Shown piece by piece: positions 12,512 to 25,500 of a stretch of DNA of 64,000 bases. A program made the translations under genes and the position numbers. Numbering within the stretch: the stretch's first letter is position 1; every line of letters starts with the position of its first letter. A model generated the notes under the pieces. It made no database searches, was not told the origin of the DNA, and was given only the letters and a program-made list of their open reading frames with translations. Origin of the DNA: Eledone cirrhosa (Eukaryota); NCBI GenBank assembly GCA_964016885.1, contig OZ024743.1, forward strand, positions 175,088,001-175,152,000, in the 5' to 3' direction.

Positions 12512-13254
12512 TAATGGGCATGGTTATACGGAACAGGAAGTACAACCGTACGAACGCGCATGTGCAGAAACCCGTCACTTCACACAGGCAATACTAAAAT
12601 GCGTGCGAGAGGTGTAAGGGCGATAACTGCGAAAGTCCGAAAAGCTTTTAGTTGATAAGAAAAAATATTGATGTTGTTACAATAATTCATTCAATCCGGA
12701 GCCTTGTAGTTATGCAATATGTGTTTGTAGTTATGCAATAGGTGTTTCGAGACGTGTGGACAACGTGTAAAAAATTCACTTCTCATGTTTAGGCAATCAC
12801 TATTGCATAATCTCTTTAGAATATTTATTCGTTCGCCAATACACAGTCCACACGACGGATTTCCCCTTGCGTATGGCTTGGACTTAGTGATGGCTTTTCA
12901 TTGAATGGAGTAGTCTATACTTGAGTCCTTGAGGGACAATACGTGGCTCGCGAGTTTCGTGGATGAACGTCTGTCCGGGTACCTAAAGGTCGACTGATGG
13001 TTCAGGAAACGTTCCTTAAATCGGCCCTCCGCCATGCCCACATAGGGTTTGACCTCCTGTGGTTGGTTTGGTCGGTTGGAAGTGACCACAGCTTCATAAA
13101 TTACAGCTGGTGTGTTGCATTGCTGTTGAAGGGGGCAAGCTTCGGGCTTACGACAAGAGCACCCTGGTGGAGTGTTGCTCCTAGGGTTGCTGGTGATATG
13201 GGCCTTCATGTTCTTAGCGCAGGAGTATCCTGTTCCGTATAACCATGCCCATTA

Positions 13255-13292
13255 CGAGCTGAGGATCCGTTAAGGTGAAACAATTGTTCTCG
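13255..13292 (+). ncRNA. Minimal hammerhead motif (inverted copy)
   Basis: cgag-CTGAGGA-tccgttaaggt-GAAA-caatt-GTT-ctcg. Confidence 0.6.
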
Positions 13293-13320
13293 GCATGGTG
13301 AACTAACTGTTGTGTAACCA

Positions 13321-13437
<117 letters not shown>

Positions 13438-13825
13438 TATTATATATATATATAACACCTGGACAAAATCAAAGAAGAGAATGTTTCGCCATAGACAATG
13501 TTGGTACCATAACCTCTCAGGGCTCATCGGTAGGTGTAAAGACGATATGGGCGACACTTCTAAAGAGACTTTAGACAACTGAAATATCGCACATAGTGAG
13601 AGAAGAGACGAAATCATGCGCGCCAGACAGTACATAGTGGCTTGAATGGATAAAAAAAACTCGCTAGAAATAACAGTCTATAACCATTCAAATTAAAAAG
13701 CTCAACAACATAAAGAAATAGTTGGGAGCCAAAATATATTAAAGACTCGCATTAATCACCTGTAATTTAATAAGCTCAAGGAAATATTACCGGACTTTTC
13801 ATAATACATAATATATATATATATA

Positions 13826-14007
13826 TAACGAAGGAAATGTGGTAAGGAACCAGGTGGACCATAACGCACCAAAGTACTCAATACTTAGGGTAGTAGAGTG
13901 GGTAATAGGAACCAGTAAGACCCCGACGGCTGAGCTCAAGCCGTTTCGACGGCTAATTCTGGACTAGTCGAAACGGCTTGAGCTCAGCCGTCGGGGTCTT
14001 ACTGGTT

Positions 14008-14011
<4 letters not shown>
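13826..14011 (-). mobile_element. Family A mini-insertion with inverted copy
   Basis: Same two termini as 1679-1841; inverted arm about 13967-14010; inside (TA)n. Confidence 0.8.
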
Positions 14012-14044
<33 letters not shown>

Positions 14045-14192
14045 GTTAGAACACGAAAAGTGTGAAACAACAGAATGTTCACTTTTCGTGTTCTAACATA
14101 TATGGGTAACTTCTTCATAAATTTTCCGGGGATAGCCGTGGTGGTGGTGATCGTATGTCATTGGCTAATTTTCAACCAATCAGAGTAAGTGT

Positions 14193-14242
<50 letters not shown>

Positions 14243-14619
14243 TATTCCCCCTCTCTCTATATATATCTTACGCTTTCGCTTTACACTCCTCCCCTTCAAT
14301 AACACATTTCCCCCTCTCTATATATCTCTTATACTGTTACACTTATATTTCCATTTATTTATTACCCCCTCTCTCTATATCTCTTCCACTGTTCGCCAAG
14401 TAGCGAGGTATCACTGTATACATGTTTAAATATATAGTGTAGCTGTGAAAACTGACTTTAAACGTGTTTCGGTTTACGAGCGCCGCGCCGGAACGAATTA
14501 AACTCGTAAACCGAGGTGCCACAGTATATATATATATATATATATAAAATAAAAGAATTTATTCAGTTTTGGGACAATATAATTTTGACTGATAACAAAT
14601 GTGAAATTCTTAACTAGCA

Positions 14620-14665
<46 letters not shown>

Positions 14666-15677
14666 TAAAACTTCTAGGTATGTCACGATGTATCTAACAT
14701 TACGTTGACACTTTCCCCCTCTCTATATATCTCTTATACTGTTACACTTATATTTCCATTTATTTATTCCCTCCTCTCTCTATATCTCTTCCACTGTTAC
14801 TTACGCCTGTTTCTCTCTATCTGTTCCGTCTCTCTATATATCTCTCTTACTCTTTCGCTTTGCACTCCTCCCCTTCAATACCATCTCTCCCCCTCTCTAT
14901 ATATTTGTTACTCTATCGCTGCACGCTCCTCTCCTTCAATATATCAATTACACACTTACGCTGTACACTCCTTTATCCCCAGCGCCCCTATATATACACC
15001 CCCCCCCGCATCTATATTTTAATGTTCCGTTGCACCGTGAATATATGTGTCTATATATATATACATATATATTGTATATACACATTCATGTATGTGTATA
15101 CACACTCATGTATGTATATACACTGGTTTTATGTGTGTATTGTAAATTTGTACTGTTAAAACACGAAACTAACATTCGATTGACACTTTGATTACCTGTA
15201 CAGGCAATAGTTATTAGAATGCTGTTGAAGTGTGTATATAACATGCTTATAATATTGGTTGTATCATATTTACTTGTATATTTGTCTATATTGTTTGTTT
15301 TGTGTTAAATTATTTTATTATTATTATGTTGGATTATTTTTTTTATTATTATGTTAAACTATTTGTATGTAATATTTAATTTTTTTATTAATTCAACTAT
15401 AATAATCGACATATGAAATTTAAATCAACAATAGGAGAAAAAAAAATCTTATTGCACAAACAATAATTCTGCACAAATGTTGCTCCATTATTAGATCTAA
15501 TGTTGCAACGATACAGTTAAATGTTGTCTGTGTATTTTTAAAAAGATTTGCTTATAATCTTTTCAAATTTCATTACGCCAATGATTCAAGCTCAAATTGA
15601 CATTATCTAAAAAATTGTACAAACAGCGGTGGATTAGCAGTAGTGAACAGATAAATCAGTCAATTTATTAAGATTGA

Positions 15678-16330
15678 CTTGGCATCAATCAGCAAGACCT
15701 TCATTAGCTGCTCTCCAGCCATCTATTTAAAGCTGTATACATCTATGGTACGAATACACTTGGAGTTCGCGTCATCAGTCTGGAACCCCTATCTTGCTCA
15801 GAACATTGACCTCCTGGAAACTGTTCAGAGACATGCAACCAAGCGCATACCCTCCATCAGACACCTACCATACCCTGAATATTTTGCTTCCCTCTGGCAA
15901 TGGACTTGGTAAACACCCACAAAGTTATTAACCATCCGACCAACAACAACCCCGAACACCTTTTTGATCTCCATGTGTCTAACACGTGGACATGCCTACA
16001 AAGTCAGAAAACAACACAGCTCCCATGACTTTAGGAAATATTTCTTCATGCTCAGAGTTGCTGAAGGATGGAACAAACTTCCTGCATCAGTTGTTAGCTG
16101 ATGACACACTGCATCCTTTAAAACCATCATACATTCCGAAATACACCAAAACTACACCTGATGTCCCCCTTCCATACACATGCACATATGTGTATATCAT
16201 GACTCATGCACTGTTCTTTTTTCCTGACGTTTTTATATTACCCTATGTATTATATATGCACTTTTGATGAGTTGTAGTGCACCTCAGCATTGTACACAAT
16301 ATTTTCATTATTATTATCATTATTATTATT
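15678..16330 (+). mobile_element. CR1/L2-group LINE 3' fragment
   Basis: KLYTSMVRIHLEFASSVWNPY...LETVQRHATK is the typical CR1-group post-RT region; ends in an (ATT)n tail. Confidence 0.85.
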
Positions 16331-16799
16331 ACACTCATTGATCCATTTTGCACTAACTCTGCATCAAGCACCCTCACCTAAATATTAACCAATCAAGGAT
16401 CCAATACAGCTATCTGTTGGATGAGTATTGTATAGTGCCAAAAACGAAACCAATCAGTTTAGCAGAAAGTTTCCAGACAAGAAACACGCATATTTTGCTA
16501 TCCTCAAACACGTTTACACATGGCATGAAATATAACTAATCCGAGATGGCTAGGTTTCATCTTCTAACTGGATATACGAAATCCATTATGTCTTGACAAC
16601 AACATGAGGTAACATTATGTTATTCACAGACACACTTTGTACACTGTTCCATATCAGAATGTATTTCCTTCGTCACATTCACAAACAGTATTGAAAATAT
16701 GTTCTTCGGCAAATAAAAATGTTTTGTTCATAATATTTCAACTAGCGATTGCTCTACTCCACGCACGACCACCATAAATTAATGATCAGCTCAACACAA

Positions 16800-16966
16800 G
16801 TATTGGTAGAGCGTCAGACACCATACTTTGCAGTATTGTTATGGTCCTTTGCATTCTAAGTTCAAATCTTGCCGAGGTTAACTTCGACTTTCATACTTAC
16901 TAATTCGATAAAATAAAGTACCAGTAATGGACTGCCGTAATGGATTTGTGCCGAAAAATAGAAACA
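16800..16966 (+). mobile_element. tRNA-derived SINE
   Basis: A-box-like tggtagagcg and B-box-like gttcaaatc; body gccgaggttaactt...gataaaataaagtaccag shared with six other copies. Confidence 0.8.
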
Positions 16967-17883
16967 CTATTAATGTGCAATAAGAGCAAAATATAACGAC
17001 ATTGCTCAATTATTTTATCTAATGTTGTAATAACACAAGGAAATGTTGTTTGTGTATTTTTTTTTATATTTGCTCATAGGCTTTTACAATTTCGCTCAGC
17101 CAACAACTATTAAAAAGTGAGTTGCTTAAGATAACAATTTAATCACAAATTGTTGCTATCTTTTAATACACTCCAACAAGTCATCAAATTATGTACAATA
17201 AAAACAAATCTTATTAATTTGCTCAGGGAATATAAAGAAAATGTATATACACTGATAATTGCAATTGTATGTAAATATTTTGTTTTTGTATTGTTTATTT
17301 TATGTTTTCTATTATGTATAATATATTGATTTAATATTGATTGTTTTTTGTAGTTGTTTATATTAAAAGTCTGAAAATATTTTTATACATCTTACACTAA
17401 TATTTATAAGATAATTTATAATAACAATTACATAATCTAATTACATTACAACGATAATTTATTATTAATATATATCCTGTTTAACTAGAGTTATTAGAAG
17501 CGTTGCCTTAAAAAAATATTAAACTAGACATGAAAAATGCGCAAGCTCAAAAGTGCCACAGAATGTTATAATAAACCTTCAAAAGTGTGGGACTAGAGTT
17601 GTTGCTAAAAAATATTGTAATCATTATATATCGTACATTCTGTGGCATCCTTTATAAAAATAGCTTAAACCAACGAAGCCTTTATTTTTACGCTATTTCA
17701 CTTCGCTATCCCCGGAAAATTTATGAAGAAGTTACCCATATATGTTAGAATACGAAAAGTGAACATTCTGTTGTTTCACACTTTTCGTGTTCTAACAGAT
17801 AAAAAATCTGCACTATAACATAAAGCCTCCCCCTCTCCTCCGCCTCCCCTTCCTCCATATCATCATCACCTTCACCAGTATCT

Positions 17884-17884
<1 letters not shown>

Positions 17885-17915
<31 letters not shown>

Positions 17916-18020
17916 ATTCCTCTCTGCCAAATGTCTCTATAAACAGAATTGATCGTAAGAAACAATGTCATAAGCAATCGTCTTTTAATTTCCTTTGTGT
18001 GCATTCAAAGGTTATGATGT

Positions 18021-18051
<31 letters not shown>

Positions 18052-18115
18052 GATGATAATGATGATGGTGATGATGATGGTGATATTAGTGATGATGTTA
18101 ATGACACTAGTGCTG

Positions 18116-18169
<54 letters not shown>

Positions 18170-18190
18170 ATAATAATAATAATAATAATA
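17885..18190. repeat. Trinucleotide microsatellite cluster (GTC)n,(GAT)n,(ACT)n,(AAT)n
   Basis: Directly visible. Confidence 0.95.
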
Positions 18191-18372
18191 ATTGTTTCTA
18201 CTTTTGGCACAAGGCCAGCAATTAACCAGTGTATTACTGGTACTTTATTTTATCGACCCCGGAAGGATGAAAGGCAAAGTTAACCTCGGCGGGATTTGAA
18301 CTCAGATGATACAGGGAGGTAACTCTATGCTGCAAAGCACGGCGTCGGACCCTATACCGATACTGTCAATCC
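18191..18372 (-). mobile_element. tRNA-derived SINE
   Basis: Reverse complement of the same family (gaaaggcaaagttaacctcggcgggatttgaactcag). Confidence 0.85.
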
Positions 18373-18469
18373 ATAATAATTATTATTAATAATAATAATG
18401 AGCGAATCGCACTCAAATGAATGACTTGTTAAACAACCATGTATAGATACCTATAAGGCTGAGAACAGG

Positions 18470-19480
18470 TAGGATTGTGCTGTCAGAATTACCCAGAAAA
18501 AGGATATGTAGTAGATCATTTTATACCTATCTCTTGCTTGTCATTCTGTGTGGAAACATGATTGGATTCATCCCGAAGACCGTGTATAAGTTCCCTAAGG
18601 TGAATGAATTTCTACCGGAGATCAGAAAGGGCGCAAAAAGAACAGCGAGGGTACAAAAGATTAGCCGCTGACTGATAAAACAATCCTTGCAGGTTGTAAA
18701 ATGCAGCACAAGAACTTAGCCATGACGTGTATGGACTATAAGAAATCCAGGTGGATATTAGAGTGTCTGAAATTTACTTAAGGGCTAGACAATGTAATTA
18801 GGTTTATAGAAAGATCGATGGACATCTGGAAAACAGAGTTAATTTTTTGTAGGGAACAGTTAGGCTCTGTTTACATATGAAGGCGTATATTTCAGGGAGA
18901 CAGTTTATCACCATTCTTATTTGTCACCTGCATACCCCCCCCCCCCACCTGATCCAAGTCCTTAGAAAAGTGAAAATACGATATGTGCTAGATGGTATTA
19001 AGATCAATCTGTTATGTAGGAATGATTTAAAGTTAAGTGCGAAAAAAAAAGAGGACGAAATTGACAGCTTAACATCCACTGTAAGTCTGATTTGTCAGGA
19101 TATTGGGATGGAGTGTGGAATAACAAAATGAGGTATTGTAACCCTAAAACATTGAAAACTAGCAAAGGATTGAGCTTGAAATTGGCCAGTCTATTGAAGA
19201 AGGTGGAGAGGAAGGATACAAGTTTTGGGAGTCTTTGAGTTGGATAAGATAAAAGAGAAAGAAATGAAGATGTTCAGAAAAGAATACCTTAGGCGGGTGA
19301 GACATATAATGTTGTCTAAATTGAACGAAGGAATAAGATGAATGCAACAAATACATGGGGTGTGTTCCTCATGTGCTATGGGTCAGGAGTTATTAGATAG
19401 AGGAAAGTAGATAGAGGAAAGATGAATTATTGAAAATAAAACTAGGAAATTGATGACAATACATAAAGAACTCCACCCAA
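18470..19480 (+). pseudogene. Highly decayed R4/Dong-like RT fragment
   Basis: Broken motifs collinear with 39461-40906: QKGAKR..GTKD, MDYKK, atttcagggagacagtttatcacca (FQGDSLSP), DIGMECGITK, TRKLMTI. Confidence 0.75.
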
Positions 19481-20054
19481 ACATAATTTTATATAAGAAC
19501 CTTAGTGAGTTAGTCATAGTAATGAAGTAATAAATAATTTCAGTAAATCCCTCAAAATCCTTCATTAATCAATTGAAATAGAGTGTATTTTATTAAAAAA
19601 TACTGTCAAGAAAGAGTTAAAAATCTTGAAATACTAGTGTCTGAAGTCCCCAAAGGGCAACTGAAACAGCTGGGTCAAGATATCAACTTAAAACACACAT
19701 AGGGAGATTGATATATGTTTATTATACATACACATATTGTATATACCTTCATATACACTTCTATTAAATACAGATATATATACATACACATAAACTCTGA
19801 CGTATATACACATATAAACACACACACTGACACATAAACACACACACTGACACATACACACACACACTAGCACACACACACACTCACTGACACACACATT
19901 GACACATACATAAACACACACACTGACACATACACATACACACACTCACTGACACGCACACACACACATTGACACATACACACACACGAGAAACGTTATC
20001 TAGTTAAATTTGTTTATTCTTTCATGAAATTATTCAATACGGAAAAAAATAAAC

Positions 20055-20765
20055 AAGAACAACAAACAACAGCAACAGCAGCAATAGCAACAACAGTAAC
20101 AGCAGCAATAACAACAACAGTAACAGCAGCAATAACAACAACAGTAACAGCAGCAATAACAACAACAGTAACAGCAGCAATAACAACAACAACAGCAGCA
20201 ATAACAACAACAGTAACAACAACAACAGCAGCAATAACAACAACAATAACAACAACAACAGCAACAGCAGCAATAACAACAACAGTAACAACAACAACAA
20301 CAACAGTAACAACAGCAATAACAACAACAACAACAGTAACAGCAGCAACAAAAACAGCAACAACAGTAACAACAACAACAACAGCAACAGTAACAACAAC
20401 AGCAACAACGGTAACAGCAACAACAACAACAACAACAACAGCAACAACAACAACAACAGTAACAGTAACAGCATCAACAATAACAACAGTAACAGCAGCA
20501 GCAGCAACAACAACAACAACAGTAACAGCAGTAACAACAGCAGCAGCAGCAGCAGTAACAACAACAACAACAACAACAACAACAGCAGCAGCAGCAGCAA
20601 CAACAACAGTAACAGCAGCAACAACAACAGCAACAACAACAACAGTAACAGCAGCAACAACAGTAACAGCAGCAACAACAACAGCAACAACAACAGTAAC
20701 AGCAGCAACAACAACAGCAACAACAACAGCAACAACAACAGTAACAGCAACAACAGTAACAACAC
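20055..20765. repeat. Cryptic (ACA/GCA/GTA/ATA)n trinucleotide array
   Basis: About 700 bp in a single triplet phase, with 24-bp higher-order units at the start. Confidence 0.95.
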
Positions 20766-20829
20766 AAGTAAAGCAACAAAAAAAAAAGAAATTAAAAAAA
20801 CAAACATGAAAAATGGTTGAAGAGGGGAC

Positions 20830-21082
20830 AGATGGTGACGATGATGATGATGATGATGATGATGACGATGATATGGATGATGATGGTGGCGATGTTGTTG
20901 TTGATGATGATGATGATGATGATGACGATGATGATGTTGGCGGTGGCGATATTGTTATTGATGATATTGATGATGCTGATGATCGTGGTGATGATGGTGG
21001 CAGCGTTGTTGATGTTGTTGATGATGATGATGAGGATATTGATTTTTATGATGATGATGATGATGGTGATGATAATGATGGT
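20830..21082. repeat. Degenerate (GAT)n array
   Basis: Directly visible. Confidence 0.9.
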
Positions 21083-21140
21083 GAGACACTAGTAGTGCTG
21101 GTGGTGGGTGTAGTAGTAAGAGTAGAAGAAAAACAAAGAG

Positions 21141-21326
21141 AGGGTTAGGGTTGAAGTTAGGGTTAGGTTTAGGGGTTAGGGGTTAGGGTTAGGCTCAGTG
21201 TCAGGATTAGGTTCAGTGTTATGGTCAATTTCAGATTCAGGTTCAGGGTCGCAGTAGGGGTCGGAGTAAGGGTCAGGGGTAGTTTTAGGTGTAGGGTTAG
21301 GGTTAATGTTAGGGTTGGGGTCAGGG
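21141..21326 (+). repeat. Degenerate interstitial telomere-like (TTAGGG)n tract
   Basis: Many TTAGGG/TCAGGG/TTAGGT hexamers in 6-bp phase. Confidence 0.75.
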
Positions 21327-21369
21327 CTACTACTATTACTACAACTATAAGCACCACCACCACTATTAA

Positions 21370-21535
21370 ATTAGCAGTATCGGTAGAGGGTCGGACGCCA
21401 TGCTTTTCAGCATAGTTACGCCCCTTTATGGTCTGAGTTCAAATCCCGTCGAGGTTAACTTTTCCTTTCATCCTTACGGAGTCGATAAAATAAAGTACCA
21501 GTAATGTACTGGTGTAATTGCTGGCCTTGTGAAAA
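21370..21535 (+). mobile_element. tRNA-derived SINE
   Basis: ggtagagggtcggac...ctgagttcaaatcccgtcgaggttaact...gataaaataaagtaccag. Confidence 0.85.
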
Positions 21536-21574
21536 ATTATTCAACTTACTCTCATATATATATATATATATATA

Positions 21575-22512
21575 AATATTTACACATACACCAATTAAAC
21601 AAAGTCACAGGTATATATGTGTTTTGGCAACTATTCACGATGTGGCTCAATGAAGAATTAATAAATTAAATAATCAGACCAAAATACTATAGAGTAAAGC
21701 ATGTCCAGAGAATCATTTGATAATATATATACATCATCTCTACTCCCAATCAGCATAATTAACCACACAAAAAATCAATTACACCAGGCTATAAGAATAA
21801 AAGGCACCTATGAAGAAACAGTAAATAAATACGCCACAGCAGCGTCTACGCGTCCAACCGCTAAAGAATATTTACCCAACATTTCAACACCACGTGGAAA
21901 TTAATTAAATATACGGTCAACCATACATAATTAGATAAAAATTAATGTTAGAAATGCTTATATACATACCAGGATTAAATCACTAAATCCCGACCCATGG
22001 GTTTCGCTCACATTTTGAGATATCTTAATAAGGATAATACTCGAGTTTAGAGCTCTTCAGGGGACAAACTCGCTAGGACATATTATTTTCCGAAGTGGCC
22101 CCCGCCAAACACGAATTCAAAATGGTTGAGAACTGTGACGTGGCAGTGGTCTAGTCAGGAAGGGTGTGATTGGTTGCTTACGGTGAGTGGGTTGGTTGCT
22201 AGAAAGCGCAGCCCAATATCGCCCAAATTGTATCTCAACCTTATCGAAGATTATTAATTACCTAATTATGTATGGTTGACCGTATATTGAATTAATTTCC
22301 ACGTGCTGTTGAAATGTTGGGTAAATATTCTATAGCGGTTGGACATGAAGACACTGCTGTGGCGTATTTATTTACTGTTTCTTCATAGGTGCCTTTTATT
22401 CTAATAGCCTGGTCTAATTGATTTTTTGTGTGGTTAATTATGCTGATTGGGAGTAGAGATGATGTATATATATTATCAAATAATTCTCTGGACATGCTTT
22501 ACTGTATAGTAT
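21575..22512 (-). mobile_element. Non-coding pLTR-type insertion with HHR and inverted arm
   Basis: About 22262-22512 is a diverged reverse complement of about 21685-21933; HHR at 21987-22065; (TA)n flanks. Confidence 0.8.
21987..22065 (-). ncRNA. Type I hammerhead ribozyme
   Basis: gtccc-CTGAAGA-gctc...(48 nt)...gagc-GAAA-cccatgg-GTC-gggat; palindromic acccatgggt. Confidence 0.85.
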
Positions 22513-22513
22513 A

Positions 22514-22562
<49 letters not shown>

Positions 22563-22565
<3 letters not shown>

Positions 22566-23080
22566 GGAATAGAATGAAACGAAATTAGTACGGCAGTTAC
22601 TTAATGTAAGTATGTATGTATGTATACGTACATACATATATGTATACAGACGTACAGTAGCATGTATATATATACATACAGGCACACATATATATATGCA
22701 CGTATCGGTTTACCGAACATTTATTATAATGCTCGGTTTGTTTGTAAACAAACAAACAGCCCGAATTACGCCGTACAGTGTTTAGGCAACCACGTCACCT
22801 TTTTGTTTAACACTGACACAGGAACGATGTACTAGTTTCAAGCTTATTAGCTATCGTCAGCATCGTATACCTTCCTGCCAGATGGTTGAACGTCTGAAAG
22901 TATATACTTTCCTTATGCATATTAACGGCTGAGCAGCCTAATTTGCATATCGAGTGAGTTTAGTCAGCCAGGCGCACCGAAAACGATAAATAGAATAGAA
23001 TGAAACGAAATTTCATTTCTCAATCTTAGTACGGCAGTTACTTAAATGTATGTATGTATGTATGTATGTATGTATGTATG

Positions 23081-23111
<31 letters not shown>

Positions 23112-23218
23112 GTATGTATGTATGTATACGTACATACATATATATAGCACGTATGTATATATATATATATATATATATACTACTGTACGTCTGTATACAT
23201 ATATGTATGTACGTATAC

Positions 23219-23220
<2 letters not shown>
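22563..23220 (-). mobile_element. Retrozyme-like non-autonomous element (about 425-nt unit, terminal direct repeat, inverted end)
   Basis: gaatagaatgaaacgaaatt...ttagtacggcagttactta at about 22567 and about 22993; about 23178-23219 inverts about 22620-22660; one HHR; (TA)n flanks. Confidence 0.65.
22824..22866 (-). ncRNA. Minimal type I hammerhead ribozyme
   Basis: acgatg-CTGACGA-t agct aata agct t-GAAA-cta-GTA-catcgt; palindromic actagt. Confidence 0.85.
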
Positions 23221-23302
<82 letters not shown>

Positions 23303-23443
23303 AATGGCTTCTCATTCGGTAGAAATCATCATCCGCGTAGGGATTTCAGTTGGTAGTTTTTTACTGTTTGCCGTCACATACAGTTATAGCCGATACGGAC
23401 TGGAATCGAATTCTGACGATCGATTGGTTATTGATTAGGCGAA

Positions 23444-23556
23444 ACCCACTGATGAAGCCACATGCGCTGATTGTGCATTGTTGCATAATAAATTTAGACA
23501 ATAGATGCTGTTCACTTTATTGCTGCATTAAGTGTGGCCGAAACTCGAGTACGGGT
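23444..23556 (+). ncRNA. Hammerhead motif with 84-nt stem II
   Basis: accca-CTGATGA-agccacat...gtgtggcc-GAAA-ctcga-GTA-cgggt; the sister copy at about 12030 has acccg, which restores a perfect stem I. Confidence 0.78.
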
Positions 23557-23700
23557 AAAGTTTGAAGGTGCCCATTTACGTGTGTTGTATTGAAGCGAAT
23601 AACTATGTCTACTCTGGGGGTTTACTTAACATTAATTATTGAGTACGCTGAGATGTAACCGGTACTAGCAGTGAAACCCATGCTAGTTCCACCAAGTTAT

Positions 23701-23750
<50 letters not shown>

Positions 23751-24071
23751 TTATGTATGTATACACACACACACATGTATATATTTATTTATTTATATAT
23801 ATATACATATATATATATTTATGTGTGTGTATATATATATGTATGTATACATATTTATGTGTGTGTGTGTATGTATGTATATACGTGTGTATATAGTTTT
23901 GAGGTTGAAAATACTCTAGCAAGCTGGAGCTTCGTTTGTAACATTCTTCAAATGTTTGAAGTTGTATATATATATATGTGTATGTAAAAGGTAAACAGAA
24001 ATAACAACACAATCTCGGTACAGTATATGGAAGGTATATATTAGGCTAACGCTTGATATAGCAGGAAAAAA

Positions 24072-24146
<75 letters not shown>

Positions 24147-24148
24147 TC

Positions 24149-24204
<56 letters not shown>

Positions 24205-24332
24205 CATTTCTGAAGACACCATATATATGTGAAGGTATGTATATTTCCTCTGATAGTTTGTAATATTTTTACATAGATCTAAATAATATACATACCAACA
24301 CACATATATATCCTAGAAACGATCGTAAAATG
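24205..24332 (+). ncRNA. Hammerhead motif with 99-nt stem II; diverged relative of the PLE-1 HHR (solo about 190-bp insertion)
   Basis: cattt-CTGAAGA-...ggtatgtatatt...aatatacatacc...-GAAA-cgatc-GTA-aaatg; downstream sequence homologous to 11224-11285. Confidence 0.8.
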
Positions 24333-25500
24333 ATGACTTTTTTAATATAAGGAACTTGTTCTTTGTTTTTATTCATTGTTTTTATTAATTTATATATATA
24401 TAGTTGTTATATAGTAAGGTGTTTTATTGGTTGTGTAAAACGGTCCAATAAATTCATGTTAGCAATATTAAGTTCTCCACGCTTGCACGCACGGTTTTGG
24501 GGACTCAGACTCTCAATGGGACAGCGGTACATACTGAGTTCGATATGAGCTAATTGCTTGCTCTTCACATGGATATGTATATAGCTGACATACACTTTTT
24601 TGGACGATACGGATGTGTATATACCATAACATACACCTGAAGATACGGATGTTACAATTCAATCTATACATGTATAACAGAACATTGAACTGAATTTACT
24701 TGCTTGTGTGTGTGTATGTGTATGGGGCTGTGGTTAACCCAATATTTCCAATTTACATCGTCAAATTAAGATTTGACCAATGTAGCATTTGTTGTTTTGT
24801 AAACGAACTTTCGGTGAATGCTGTGTTGGTATATTCTTATTCTTAAATTTGTTGTTTTTTTCTATGACATCGCTTCGGTGTATGTGGTAGTGTGTGTGTA
24901 CCCACTCACACTAATTGTGACTTTCTATAGTTCAACAGGTTTGATGCTGTGTTGATAACGTAAACCCTTTATTTCTAAATTTTCTAAACTATCTAAGTAT
25001 TGGACTCTAACCATTATTTTAAGTATTACCACCCCACATTAATTCCTCAATTTGTGTGTGTGGATGTGTGTGTGTGTCTGTGGAGGTGGGTGTGAGTGTA
25101 CGTGCAAGCCAACCTACATAAGTCTTTTTATTTGTAAATTTTCTACTCTAACCATAATTTTCAGTAGCACCATTCCCCATAAATTCCTCAATTTAAGAAT
25201 GACCTGTAGTATCTATTTCATACTATTAACCTTAATTGAATATATATCTGACCAGGAATGCTTTTGTGAAAATCAGTCATATGGAACTATTGTCATCTTG
25301 CCTGATGGTTTGAACTTTACAACACCACCTGCCTATTTGAGCTCAAATACCCACCTTACTACCACCTACAAACTGACCAATGAGAATTAAGACTATTCCT
25401 GCTGACAACATTAAATTATTCCTAACAAGCTCATATGTCCCAAGGCTCTGATACCATCAACACTATAAACACAGAGCTGGCATATCTAAGAAGTGACTAA

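Larger units (their letters stand above)
14040..17801. mobile_element. Non-autonomous element bounded by about 97-bp terminal inverted repeats
   Basis: 14040-14136 is the reverse complement of 17705-17801 with one mismatch; each arm has an internal 19-bp-stem hairpin; TA at both outer ends; no intact ORF inside. Confidence 0.7.

Noticed and set aside
13465-13535. Minus-strand CCGATGA-gcc...ggc-GAAAc motif
   Set aside because: Altered core and no stem I partner or cleavage triplet; at best a relic
21701-22495. Pair of similar 67-aa ORFs (MSRE.FDNIY...)
   Set aside because: Produced by the inverted duplication of a pLTR-type arm and antisense to the HHR; no recognisable motif
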